From assembly GCF_001194135.2 (NCBI RefSeq), contig NC_068983.1:107285894-107349893 (forward strand): DNA of 64,000 nucleotides, read 5' to 3'. The notes under the pieces are model-generated. The model ran no database searches. It had not been told where the DNA came from and saw nothing but the letters and a program-made list of their open reading frames with translations. Of the stretch, positions 35,293-48,499 are shown in pieces; positions within the stretch are counted from its first letter, which is position 1; every line of letters begins with the position of its first letter. Made by a program: the position numbers and the translations under genes. This DNA comes from Octopus bimaculoides (Eukaryota).

Positions 35293-37012
35293 AAAAAACC
35301 CTAACAAAATCTCCAAACCCATATAAGATGAGAAAGCTGGATAAAATGACAGCTCTGTTGTAAGTAAAGCAAAATCTGAGTACTAAATAAAAACTTCCAC
35401 AGACTCTTCAGTATGATATTTCAACATGAACTTGAATAGAAATCATTATAAAAAAATAAATAAATANNNNNNNNNNATATATATATATATATATATATTT
35501 TTTTTTTTTTGACTGAAAAAAAGAAAATAAATTTTTAAAAAGTAGATATAAAATTTAACAGCTTACTTTTTAGCACAACTACAGTTTGAACTTTACATTT
35601 CACTCTGAAACTAATAATGATAGCTGAAGTACCCCTACATGTTCCCTCAATCTATAAGAAATAGAGTCAAAATCCCGTAATCCATTAGCATTCACATTAT
35701 TCTATCAAAAGTAATATTCATTCATGTTGTTTTGAATAAAACATGTATTATTTCCATAGCTTTGAGATTTTGGTGAAGAAACAGTTAACTTTTAGAATGA
35801 TATTGTAGTGTTGGTGTAAGAAATTTGGTCAGTTTGAATATAAAACATGTGGAACATTTTGACTGGATATGACCAGTTTAAATGCTAAAGGGTTAAGACA
35901 TGCCTTTCCATTGTAAAAAGAGAGAAAGCATGTTAAACTCACTATTTCTGAAATAATGCGAACCTGCAGATAAACAGCTACAACAATGCAGATTCTTGTG
36001 TGGAGTTGAGCAATGATAGACAACCTTACTTTCAATTCTATCACCAACATTCCACAATTGACACATATATTGAATGAATCACATTAGTTTTGACAGAAGT
36101 GAAATACAGAAAAAAAAGAACAAAAATGGAAAAAAGAAAAAAAACAATAAAAGATAGAAGTGAAATCTCATTAAATTTTAGTTTTTTCTATGACTTTTGT
36201 GAAGTGGGAGATAATGCAAAACAATTTAAAAACTACATTATTCACTCTATATATATATATGTATTCTTTATTCATTTACTTTCTGGGAATATATGCAGGC
36301 ATTTTTCCTTATTTTTGTGGTTCTTTGCACCACTCAGTGCTGGAAATTACAAAGATAAAAAATAAAACAAAAAATGATGATGATGATGGTGGTGTTGATA
36401 ATGATGGTAGGGGTGATGATGATGATGAGGATGAGGATGATGACGTTGATATTTGTGGTCATGATGGTAGTGGTGATGATGACAATAATAATGGTAGTGG
36501 TGGTGAATGATGATTCATTTCCTGATGGAATATTTTTTTAAAGAAACATTTTCTGTTGTTACTCAAAGGAAGTATTTGCATGATACAGTTTTACAATACT
36601 CGCTTCCCTATTTTTTAAAAAATTTTATTTCATTTTATTTTATGTTTATTGTACTAAGAGGTGAATTGAGAGAATTTAGATGAAGCCCCTTGCATTCCTG
36701 ATTATTAATTACCTGTTACTTATGCAACCTCCTTGACACTGAGCATTTTGCTTCCTAGCAGAATATCATGCTAAGAAAAAAAAAACCCTAACAAAATCTC
36801 CAAACCCCTATAAGATGAGAAAGCTGGATAAAATGACAGCTCTGTTGTAAGTAAAGCAAAATCTGAGTACTAAATAAAAACTTCCACAGACTCTTCAGTA
36901 TGATATTTCAACATGAACTNNNNNNNNNNAAAAAAGAAAATAAATTTTTAAAAAGTAGATATAAAATTTAACAGCTTACTTTTTAGCACAACTACAGTTT
37001 GAACTTTACATT
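35293..37012 (+). repeat. Near-identical direct duplication, each copy split by a 10-N gap
   Basis: 35293-35432 matches about 36780-36919 (one mismatch seen), and 35520-35599 matches about 36933-37012. Confidence 0.9.
35677..35896. mobile_element. piggyBac-type MITE, second family, decayed left end
   Basis: Right end AAATGCTAAAGGG|TTAA; left end GTAATCCATTAGCATTC is a decayed match to TTAACCCTTTAGCATT. Confidence 0.65.
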
Positions 37013-38655
37013 GAATCTAGGAATCATACTTAGAAAATGTTAATGTAAATACATTTACTATATTCTTTAATGTGTGACATTCAACATTGAAAATTACTTG
37101 AGAACTGAATATTTTTAAACTCAATCATTTGTTGCTTGGAATTTGAAGTTAATTTTTCTTTCTGAATCCATCAAAAGAAAAAAAAAAATTCTTTCCATAA
37201 TAAATTCACCTGAGGTTTCTTTGCTTGGTATTACTATTTCTCATGTGAGTTTAAATGGTTCTCTAAAAATCAAGTATTTGAATGGCATGGCTTGTTGGAA
37301 TTGATGTTTTACAACCAGAAATTCAACTGTATAGTGAAATCTTTTTGTTTTTGTTTTTTCTTGTGTTTTTTTCATTTCTGTTTTTGTTTTTCAGTTAGTG
37401 AACCTGAAGCAAGCAGATGGATGATAAAATAGAGAAAGACAGCAATAGTTAACATATTTTTCCCAATTAGCATTGGTGTGTAGTTCAATTTCCATTATAT
37501 TATAAGTAGAATTGCTGTAAGGAAATAGACTAAAGATGCTGGACTAAAGACCATGTAGCCATGAATAAGTTCAAAGTTTACTACGAGAGTTACTGTGTTG
37601 TACCTCTAGGCTAGGTTCAGTTTGGATGAAAAGATGCTTCAATTACCATTTCACAGTTAAACAATTTACAGTAATTAGAGAATAGAATTGTAAAAAGTAA
37701 TTGCTCTAACATTATTCAAATAATTATTTGATTTTTTTTTATCTTATCAATTTAATTAGTGAAGGAAAATGCCCATGAACTTTTTCAGGACTTTCAAGAA
37801 TGGGGGAGAAAAAGGTAGAAGAAATGTCTAACTAGAGACCTTGTCCAAATGCATGCAATAGGGGAGACCCTGCTAAATGCATCCAAGGTCCAGAGGGTAT
37901 TTCAAATTGGAATGAGAAAAAAAAAAGGATTCAAGGAATCTAGTTATGGTCTAGATAGGTAAGAGACAATTAATAATGAAATACCCTCCTCAATACATCA
38001 GAACTTACCTCTCCACATAAGTACACAGACTTGTTTAAAATTTGTAAAACCCACACTTGGTATCAAGAAAAGAATGTAAAGCAGCAAAGCTAAAACAAAT
38101 ACATGGACATATCTAACACTGATATAATGTAGAATTAGATGTTCTAGTTATAGTGATCTTTAACTGAAAAATAAAACAACAAATGCCTGACTATATTCCA
38201 GATACTAAAACTCATCTTTGTCCTGCCTCCCAAACTATGACTAAATAACAGACAAGTCAAATAATTGAGTATGTTATTAATATTCTCAATCTGAAGTCTT
38301 GGACATTTTTTTACTCTTATTATGACTGTGCTGAAGTATGGACTTTTCAGTTATGGAATACATCAACCAAATATTTATTTTATTGACCTCATATGACTGA
38401 ATAACTGAGTGAGCTTGGGCAAGGACTATAAGGTGGTATAACCAAATACCACATGATATTTTTTCAACAGTCTGTTGATTATACCATTTTGCTATCAACC
38501 ACCAAATTAATAATTACAATATTTTTGTTTATTTTCTACAAGGTCATTAAGAAAGAACAAATTATAAAACAAAACAAAATTTCAAGTGGATTTGGATAAG
38601 CAAATGAGACATAAAAACATACATATGAAAATGAAACTATAAATAACACACACAC

Positions 38656-38692
<37 letters not shown>

Positions 38693-41628
38693 ATGATAAT
38701 AATATTAGGGATAAAAATCCAAATTTACAGGTAAAAACTCAATTAAATTCAATTTATTAAAAAAATCAAAATTAAATTAAATTAATCATGTGACAATGGA
38801 TTTTCATCGATGAGTTCATGAACCTTGGTTCTTTTCCCTAAAACTGTATATNNNNNNNNNNNNNNNNNNNNNNNNNNNNNNNNNNNNNNNNNNNNNNNNN
38901 NNNNNNNNNNNNNNNNNNNNNNNNNNNNNNNNNNNCAAAACATCAAAAAATAAAAAAGATACCTATTAATAATAATTAGACATGGGAACTCTAAGGGATA
39001 AAACATGGACAAAATTATAGGTTCACTTTATTTCGTCATGTCATGACTGTATTTGTGGCTCACCTCTAATAGTATCTACCAAGAGTGGGACTTGTCTAAT
39101 TTCCTTTAATTTTTTCAAATGAATCTTGAAGGTTTTTCTTTTGCGTTTTGCTGGTATTGTTATTGTTATTTATTCTACTAGTTCTTTTTATAGAGTCACC
39201 TGGTAAATAGTGCCTTCTGGTTTTACTTATCCATATATCTGCTCATTGAAACTGATCAGAAGTTCAGCACATATAGATGATAGATCCATCTTGATATAGA
39301 TGTAATATCTTGGTATAGATAATTCTTGGTTTCTGCATGTCCTACAAGAACAAGGTTCAATGTTTACATGGCTTTTTGAATAAATCATTATCAGAAAAGT
39401 TTGACCAGCAATACAGACAGTACCCAACAAAGCATCATTGACCCTTTCTTCTTTGAACCCTGTGAAAAATGTAAAGGGTTCTGGTAATATTTTTGCTAAA
39501 CATGCAAAGCACACACTTTAAGTATTAAAAGTCAGTCTTGTCCTGTTTCCTAATGAATGATCAGAGCTGTTTTTTATATTCTGTCGTCTCAACATAATTC
39601 TACACATTATTGGCCCAAGAATCTTCATACACTTTTAAAGCAGAAAAGCAAGTGATTCAGCTTGGACAAATGCTATTTGAGACAAGATACTACCTGAGAT
39701 CTGGAATTAGTATATTCCCAAAGACATAAATGGTTTTGAATTTTCTTCTCAATTTTCCAAAGTCAGTTTCATCCTACACAAATTACTGGGGTAGATTTGC
39801 CACTTCTCTGGCTGCTTTATGCCAGTTGTTGTTCTGTTAGAAAACCAAATGAAATCAGAACATCAGCAATTTAACCAAAACTTTTATCCATATGTACACC
39901 ATTTAAGTTGTACAATTAATACCATTGTAAGAAACAAAGAAGCCACACAATCCTTTGTCATATTTGCAACTTTTTACACGTTGATCAGATGTTTTGCATT
40001 TTGTGATAGCGTTGGATAATATCAGTGCAGTATGTTGTCACTTTTGGCAGTTTCCTACCATTTCATTTTTCAAACTCACCATCTTATAAACTAACCTCAT
40101 AACTTCTTGCCATGAGAAAGACCAATGAAGAATTGTGAAGTTAGCTTTCAGGTCTTTCTCAATGATAAACGTTTTCCATTAACAGCATTCAGTATTTGTC
40201 CATTTTCTTTATCATTATTCAGTCATTCAAGTACAGTTCTCCCTTTCTCTGTATTCTCTCTCTCTCTCTCTCTCTCCAAGGTTAATCAACAAATATTTTT
40301 AAATGCTAGGTTCTTACTAAGCTTTCTTGAACTCTGTTTCTCATGGGTACTAAAATATAATGTTGCACAGATTATATTTAACAGGTTCTTCTCCAGCCTC
40401 TATTTATGTTTTGTTTAGCACTCATGGTACACTTTTTGCCATGCAGTATCATATCCATGCAACATCAAACACATCGAGCCTAAATAATAAGAAATCAAAA
40501 TTATGTAGATATAATAAAAGATATCACTATAAAGAGCCAGTTAATTGCACCTCTTCTCTCTTTAAATTTGTGATAGTATATCATCATTTATTTGTTAAAC
40601 AGAATTTATTTTTAGTGTAGGTATAAATAATAAAATGCATGAGATAGCGAGTGATTTATTATCAAAGGGTCAGTAACAGGTTTAACTCACTTATAATATA
40701 ATAGACTATAGATTATCAATTTTTCGTACACCACTGAAAAAGAAGAAACAAAATATTTCAAATGGGATTACAATTGGCAGTTCACTTTAGAGATTATGTT
40801 TTGAGTATAAGGCTAAAAGGCTACATATACCGTTTACTTTGAAGCAGAATTTGAAAGATTTTATTGATTAGCTCCTCTTAACTGTTTCAAATCTTGTTCA
40901 CTTCATCATTCACTGCTATCAATTAATCAGGCCAAGAGAATTATGCTTCTTACTATTACCTTTTACTACAAACTTCAAAACTTCAAATGTAAATTTTATT
41001 TAAATGTTATGTAAATCAGTCTCAGCTGTTACTTACTTTAAATATTTTATGATTTAATCTAACCTCAAATAGAAGAAAAAAGAAAAGAAACAAAAGGAAT
41101 CTATCTGCTATGATTGTTATATATGTATAAAAAAATCTGATAAGCACAAGAGATAATTGCAAACATCTATTGAATATTTGTGGTATTAACTCTTGACTGC
41201 AGGATAATGTCTGTCATTCATTTTTATTTGATAGTCTTTTTTCCCCCAACAGATGTCCCATTTCATGTGAAACACTGCAAAATTTGCAACACATAATTTG
41301 CTCTGATATCATTGTTTATATGTTTTTAATTACTTATCAATAATTTTGCTATGTTTAAAATTGGCATGAATTTATATTCTCTTCTAATCCTCTAATGATC
41401 TTAATGAGCTGATATTAAGGAGTGGAACTAATGAAAATATTTACAAAAATCAAATAAATACCAGGAGAGATGAGAAAATCTGATTTTTTTTTTTGATTGA
41501 CTGTTAGAAATAGTATTAATCATTATGTATGTACAACATATATAAATATACATACATACATAGATACATGTGACACATAAACAAATATACACATATATAC
41601 ATATAGATGTGTGTATGTATATACATAC

Positions 41629-41702
<74 letters not shown>

Positions 41703-42427
41703 CTAATAGATAAACGTTTCACATGTTCATGTAGGTATGAACACAATTTCAACAGGCACAACCTTAGGGTCTCATTTAATTGTGCCTCCAATATTAAGAG
41801 CATTCTAGTTAGCACCCCTTGGCCATGAACGGCAGTGGGATGCTCATGCAGGGACTACAACAGATGCTCAGTGGGAGGCCATTGTGAAACCAAGGCCTCT
41901 ATGAAGCTGAGGTACTAGCCAGGCCCAATAGCAGCAGCAACATCTGCAGCTTCCCTAACAGAAATAGCCACAAAAACATCAGCAATGATAATTATAACAG
42001 CAGTGACAACATAGCTGAATGAATGAGGATACTAAAAGACTCCCTCGACCTGGGGGACATCCTTAACTCCAGAATGGAGGTTTTCAGGCCATGCTTACTC
42101 TTCAGGAAATTCTTGCTGGCCTACTGGGACCCACATGATAACAGGGTTGTTTACGATTGACAGCCAAAGGGAGACAATAGCTGGTTGTTGACAGAGTAAT
42201 GAAGTCTTTTGCTCCTCCATTTTCTAGATAGGCTACTCGCTAGGGAAGCTACAACCCAGCAGGTTTGGGATCTGACAATATGCTTTAAAGCTAAGCACTG
42301 TATTAACATGAAACCTAGGATAATCCCTCCCATAAACTGGCCTTATCTAACTTTATCTATATGATATTCTGCTCTATAACTTAGAGAGTGCTTCTTTTTT
42401 GGATTTATGTTTCACCAACGATATATG

Positions 42428-42740
42428 AAAGCCCCTGGCCCATCAGGAATCACTGCAGAGATGCTCAAAATATCTGGCAGTGTCGGCTATAGCCTAGTCA
42501 CCTGTGTAGTTAACCAGGTGATACACGAAGGAGTCATACCCAATGACTGGTGTAGCAGCACCATAGTCAACTGCTACAAAGGTAAAGGTGACGCTTTAGA
42601 CACAAACAATTACAGAGGTATCAAGTTGTTGGATTAAGTAATGAAGGTCACGGAGAGGGTCATAGCCCAACTAATTAGGGAGAGAGTCAGCTTAGATGAG
42701 ATGCACTTTGGGTTCGTGCCAGGGAAAAGCACCACTGATG
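42428..42740 (+). mobile_element. RTE-clade LINE reverse transcriptase N-terminal fragment
   Basis: KAPGPSGITAEMLK...IPNDW...KGKGDALDTNNYRGIKLLD*VMKVTERVIAQLIRERVSLDEMHFGFVPGKSTTD. One internal stop; same family as 1-279. Confidence 0.93.
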
Positions 42741-43394
42741 ATATTTGGTGGATTTAATATAACAACATCAACTACACTAAGCAACAAAGATTTTGTTATG
42801 AAAGACTAAAAAGGTGTTCCTAACTAATTTTGGTATTTTTATTTCAAACCTAAAATTAGATTTTTTTCTATCATGTCTAGATTTTGTGCAAAATCCAAAT
42901 CACTTAGTAAGATTTCCTACAACAAGATTTTGGTTTTAATCAGCATAATGCCATTAATATGAAATTTGTTTCTCAAGGGTAAAGCAATTTTTGTTTGCCA
43001 AGTTTATAGAAATTCTAATTCAAAAAGTAGCTATTTTTTTTATCGGCTTGATCTAAATAAAGGTGCTGTGCTCATTGTCTCCATTGGTTCTCTGACAAAG
43101 AGGAACTCAATGTGATTAACATACTTCTTGAATTATCACAAGTCAATGAAAGTAGACAAAAAAAAAACAAGAAAAAATTGCGCAGGGAAGAAATTATAGA
43201 AGAACATTCTATGGGAGGAAAGACTGGGAAGGGTGGAAATGATATGGGTAACAAAATAAGGGTGAGGTAAGTGAGTTGTAAATGTATTAGTTGAGGTGAT
43301 ACCAGACCATCCAGCTCACAAAGCAGAGGCCACTTGATATAGAAGGTTGTGATATAGAAGGTTGAGAGAGAGAGAGAAAGAGAAGAAAAGCCTA

Positions 43395-43720
43395 TGAACC
43401 AGAGATTGAGATGTGGTGGTGAATATGACTTCATGCAAATCAGTTAAATTACTTTCCTTTGGATATGGTCTACAATGCATGTAGCTGTAGCATTTGCTGC
43501 ATTCCAAATTAAGGAGCAATACACCATTGTATGTCTTGAGGTTTGTAGAGTGTTAGCAGTCGGTGAAGAGTGAAGTAATTTTTGTCACTGAAGTGGAAGG
43601 TCAGTCTTTGCTATGTTGTGGTTGTGAGTATATTCAGGAGAGATCCTCTGTATTGACAAGGCCCACCATTTGTAGAATCTTGGACCTTGGGTGCATTTAA
43701 TGTAGTTCACTCCATTACAA
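43395..43720 (-). mobile_element. Decayed CR1/L2/Jockey-group LINE, post-RT region
   Basis: The minus strand gives remnants LTLYKPQ and DHIQRK, parallel to 49070-49200. Confidence 0.5.
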
Positions 43721-44184
43721 GCATTTAGTTCAGGTTACCAGTTTGAGAATAATTTCCTTCCTTTCTTTTGTCAATCCAGTAAAAGTCATTGGCATTGTTT
43801 TTCCTTTTATGACTAAGCAATAAAAATGTTGCTTAAATGTATGTATACATGTGTGTCAAGATTCATGTATATTTGTAGTTAAGAGATCCTTTAAAACTTA
43901 TTACCTTGCATCTTTCCTCTCCTCTTCTTCCATTCTCTCTGACCTCCTAATTACTCTATGTCTGATTATCTCAACTTTCTCCTCCTTTGTCTTACATTAA
44001 TTAACCTCTTTTAATGCTCTTTCATAAACTTGTAATTTTTTTCAAAGAGTAAAGTTTATTAAAAATGGCAGGACTCCTATCATATCAGGGCACACAAAAT
44101 TACGTTATTTTACAAACAATGTTGATTAAATTTTAAGATATAGCCATTGTAGAAACACCAGATAACAATATATATAGCAAAAAT

Positions 44185-44400
44185 AAGGCAGCAAGCTGAC
44201 AGAATCATGAGTACACTGGACAAAATGCTAAATGGTATTTTGTTCATCTTTATGGTCTGATTTCAAATTCTGCCAAGGTCGACTTGGCCTTTCATCCTTT
44301 TGGAATTGATAAAATAAGTACTAGTTGAGCACTGGGGTTGATGTAATAGACTTACCTCCATTCGCTGAACTTGTTGGCTTTGTGCCAAAATTTGAAACTA
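44185..44400 (+). mobile_element. SINE family B, full length
   Basis: AAGGCAGCAAGCTGACAGAATC ... GTGCCAAAATTTGAAACTAATAT. Confidence 0.88.
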
Positions 44401-45694
44401 ATATATATTGTAGTAATATTAATTTGGTGACTACAATCATTATGAATCTGATGTTTAGTACACCATACACCTGCACAGGTAAAGTTGATTCGATGGAGGG
44501 AGTGAGCTGATGTAGAGCACAAACATTTGATCACTATAAATAAATCATCTCTGCTTGTTGTTCTGGAAGAAATTCTGTTCATCTAAATTCCCAACCTAAT
44601 TTTGCTTATTTGTTCAAGTTGTTTCGCTTCATACTGCTGAGGCCTAAGAGAAAATAATGAACTTTACATCATCCCATTTCCCATCGCTATATGGATCTTA
44701 TATAATCAATTAATATTCATTAATTAACATCAAAGACTTTAACATAAATGACAGATTTTAACTTTTTACTTTTAAGGTTTAACCTACTTTGTCCTAGGTT
44801 CACTCATTTTATTATTGATGTGACTGAAATGTCATTCCAGTTGAAGCATTGTATCATCTAAAACTACATTCCTGAGACTTTCTTGAAAGACATAGGAAAG
44901 CTGTTATTAGGTAGCAAAATTTGAACTCAGAATGTCAGGAGTTGAAACAAATACTTCGTTTCATCTCATCCCAATTCTCTAACAATTCTGTCAGTCTATC
45001 ACTTTAGATAGGTAGTTTATTTATCTACCCCAAGAGGATGAAAGATAAAACTTGACCTTGATGTTATTTAAACTCAGAATACAGAGTCAGAAGAAATACC
45101 ACAAGGCATTCAACATGATTCTCTAATAGCTATTTGTTTGCCAATTCACTGCTTTTGCCAACTTACAACTTTGTATCTTACAACTTTGCATCTATCTAGT
45201 CAGTCTATATTAATGAATCATCTGCTAAGATTTTGATATATGATTTTATATATTATACATAATCTTATATATTATAACTAATTGGAAAGGGAAAAGCATT
45301 GGTAAAATGTGAACTATAAATCTATTGCTTGTTCGGCAACTTTGTAACCAATTAGAATATGATTCTGCTCTTTTGTGTAATAGGTGACATGGAAATGGGT
45401 CTTTAGGTCTTTTCTGTCTCAAATTCCTTCTTATATTGTCAAATATCAATCAATATTCAAAGGTGTTTATTCATGAAACTAAAGATTATTCAACATTTAA
45501 CATTACTAAGTAGATTCATCTTTTGATGGATATTGTTTTTCTTTATTTTTTGTTATTTTTCTTTTTACTGAGAGATTTTTGAACACAATTTATGTTCAAA
45601 GCCTCAAACCATCCAGCTAATTTGTCATGTAATGGTAGTTTCTTAAGCCAGAGAAAGATGGTTCTGTAATTTCTTACTGAACACCAAGCACAAA

Positions 45695-45925
45695 TGATTT
45701 GTTTATAGTGGTATATGTTGTACATAAGCTCAAGCCCTCTATATAATCGACATTGCCTGAACAGGTGCACAGTGTGCCACACATCAAGTAATCAAGTAAT
45801 CTCAGAGCAATGTGAGATGGAGTGTTTTTCTCAAGGACACAACACTGTCCAGTCTGGCAACTGAACTCATGATTACTCAATTGTTAGTGCAGCACATTAA
45901 CCACTAGGACACGTGCCCTCACACT
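45695..45925 (-). mobile_element. SINE family E variant; its tail also occurs in the opposite orientation at about 44450-44550
   Basis: Core TCAAGGACACAAC and head AACCACTAGGACACGTGCC. The tail reverse complement TGATGTGTGGCACACTGTGCACCTGTTCAGG...CACTATAAACAAATCAT matches 44450-44550. Confidence 0.65.
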
Positions 45926-46958
45926 ATGTCATATGACCAAACATTTTGTAGTAAGTTTGGTAATTAATTCATCAATTAATGAAAGAAAAATACTTTTTTG
46001 ACTGAAGATGAGATTTTAACAGCTGAAGTATTGGCTTTAACCATATTATTCACAAGTATCAACTCTGAAGTTATGTCCGGGCTTATTATCTCAGTTGCCC
46101 AACTATGGCTTCTGCTTGGAAGCAGTATCTAAAATTATGCATGGCAACTGAATCTGGAGTAATCCGTGAATTTTAATACTACTTGTTTCTTCAATCAGCA
46201 GTGAATATGGTGAAATACTAATTCAACCCTGACAAGATCTGAACTCAATGCTGAACTGAATTTAATAAAATGTAAATGCCTATTAACTCTGTTTGACAGA
46301 GTTGTGAAGAATATAGCTTAAAATGCTTGGATATCATACAACTGATGATAGATAAGTATTAGTTGATGGTAATTCAATTTAATTTAATGTTAAAGTTTTG
46401 ATGGGGTAGACAAGCTTGACTCTTTCCAGCAAGTAACTCAATTTTAGAAAAAAGTTTCAGAGAGACACATCTGCATATCATTTTCAAATGACAGTCACTC
46501 ACCAAATTTGTTTTTCATTTTATATATTGCCACAAAAATCTCGTTCACAGTTGTAAATGGAAGGAAACTGAGAAAATCTCTCCACATATCTTTTTAGGTA
46601 CAAATAAGTAATATTGGGATGTCTAAATTTCATTAGTGAAGAAGTTTCAAGATCTTTGACCATAGAAACTAATATCAGGAAAATAAGAATCTAATTAATC
46701 ATACAGTGAAAGAAAAGGCTTCTGAGCTTACACAATGATTTCATCGATGTCCTTTTCTCTAGTTGAGGACATTCAGTCATATTCTCAAAAACATCATAAT
46801 GACCTATATTTAGTTTTTCATTCCACCACTCAATTTATCAACAAAATCTATAATTGTTACTAGATTACCTTGAAATGCTAACTGTATTGGGTCAGAAGAA
46901 AATGTTATTTAGGCAGGTTAGCATGGACCCACCACCAGTTTATTGTCAGGTAATTTAC

Positions 46959-47069
46959 CTATAAACTTGATTGGTTTATCTTTTGAACTTCTTGAAAAGA
47001 ATCCTTTTGGTTCTTCTTCCATCACTGCAACTTGAGTCAAAGTATTGCTTCTTCAAAGCCATCTAATAC
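46959..47069 (-). CDS. Candidate start-codon exon of an unidentified minus-strand gene (MEEEPKGFFSRSSKDKPIKFI, coding part 47022..46959)
   Basis: Acceptor CTTTCTTTTAACATAG|G, donor TAG|GTAAAT, and an ATG in GTGATGG context with an in-frame upstream stop. No homology recognised. Confidence 0.35.
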
Positions 47070-48184
47070 CTATGTTAAAAGAAAGTGGTTATACCTCAGC
47101 ATTTAATTCTTGACATAGTTAACATAGAATAATTGTACTCAGAAAACTAGAAATGACAAAATTCATCTTTCAACAACATCAAGAATAGGTTTGAGAGCTG
47201 GAAGTAGTGTCTTCATACATAAGCAATTACTTTGAATCCGTGTTCGTTCTTAATACATAGCACTCTTACTCAATTAAACACGTTTATAGTCCAGCATTTC
47301 AGGTGTTCCACTAATTGTACTACAAACTACCATTTTCCAACAAAGACCAACTTTTGTAAAATGACTAAATACAACTACCTTTATGTTTTTTTTTCTCTCT
47401 GTTATACTCTTCAAGATTTGGAAAATCAAGAATTCTTTTTGTAAATATGCATCATTTACATATCTTGTACATAAAAGCAGCTGAGTATCAGATGCCATAT
47501 CTGTGAAGTTATCAAGTTGAATAATAAAGATATCTAGCAGATCCTCTTAAATTTCTGAAATTACCTTTTATTTTTATATCATCTGACGTCAGATATCCTT
47601 CAGATATCCATATCATTTAACAGTGGCAGGGTATTCGGTTTCTTTGCAGCGTTTTCTACCAACATATGGTAAACAATATCTTTGCAGCAAGGCAAGATCA
47701 AAGTTTTAGTGATTGTGTAAGGTTTCTAATTTTTTTTTCCAATTCTTTCTTTGCATTCAAAGAAATGTTATTTCAGAAAGCTTGGCTTCATTGAATGATT
47801 TGATAGAACTTTATGACACAGAACACATTGTGAGAAATCTTTACGTTTTTTTTATTTTTTTTATCCAAGTGAAACCAAATTCGATGTATGATTGACTCAC
47901 TGATTTTTTTTAACCACAGGATGCCATAATTACCTTGGGGTGGGGTGGTGGAAAAAGTAAATATTTCAGTAGTTAGTTGGCTGAATACACATGTAAGTAC
48001 TTCTAAACTGATATAGATGTGTTAAAACGACATAATACTTTATAATACACTTACAAAAATAGTAGCTTTCAATCAACTGAACACGTTTTTCAGTCATGTT
48101 ATAAATACATAGAAGATTGAAGGTATTAACTGAAAATATAGGAAACAAGTTTTCTGTGATAAGTGTTAGCTTATGGAGGAGGCA

Positions 48185-48408
48185 ACATCATCATCATCAT
48201 CATCGTTTAACGTCTGCTTTCCATGCTAGCATGGGTTGGACGATTTGACTGAGGACTGGTGAACCAGATGGCTGCACCAGGCTCCAATCTGATTTGGCAG
48301 AGTTTCTACAGCTGGATGCCCTTCCTAATGCCAACCACTCCGAGAGTGTAGTGGGTGCTTTTACGTGCCACCGGCACGAAGGCCAGTCAGGTGGTACTGG
48401 CAACCAGC
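48185..48408 (-). mobile_element. RTE-type 3'UTR copy, well preserved
   Basis: Nearly identical to 30263-30480, with a (CAT)n tail at 48185-48205. Confidence 0.9.
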
Positions 48409-48499
48409 AAGAGAAATAACTGTCAATGATTGAAACAGTTGTGTGATGTACAGAGTAGAGTGCTTGCCAACTGTATATCAAATTTACTAGACTCATGAG

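Noticed and set aside
36190-36510. Asp/Gly-rich ORF
   Set aside because: It derives from a degenerate (GAT)n/(GGT)n microsatellite.
39227-39514. 95-aa minus-strand ORF with an internal acceptor
   Set aside because: No motif recognised and no convincing donor. It cannot be separated from chance or decayed TE.
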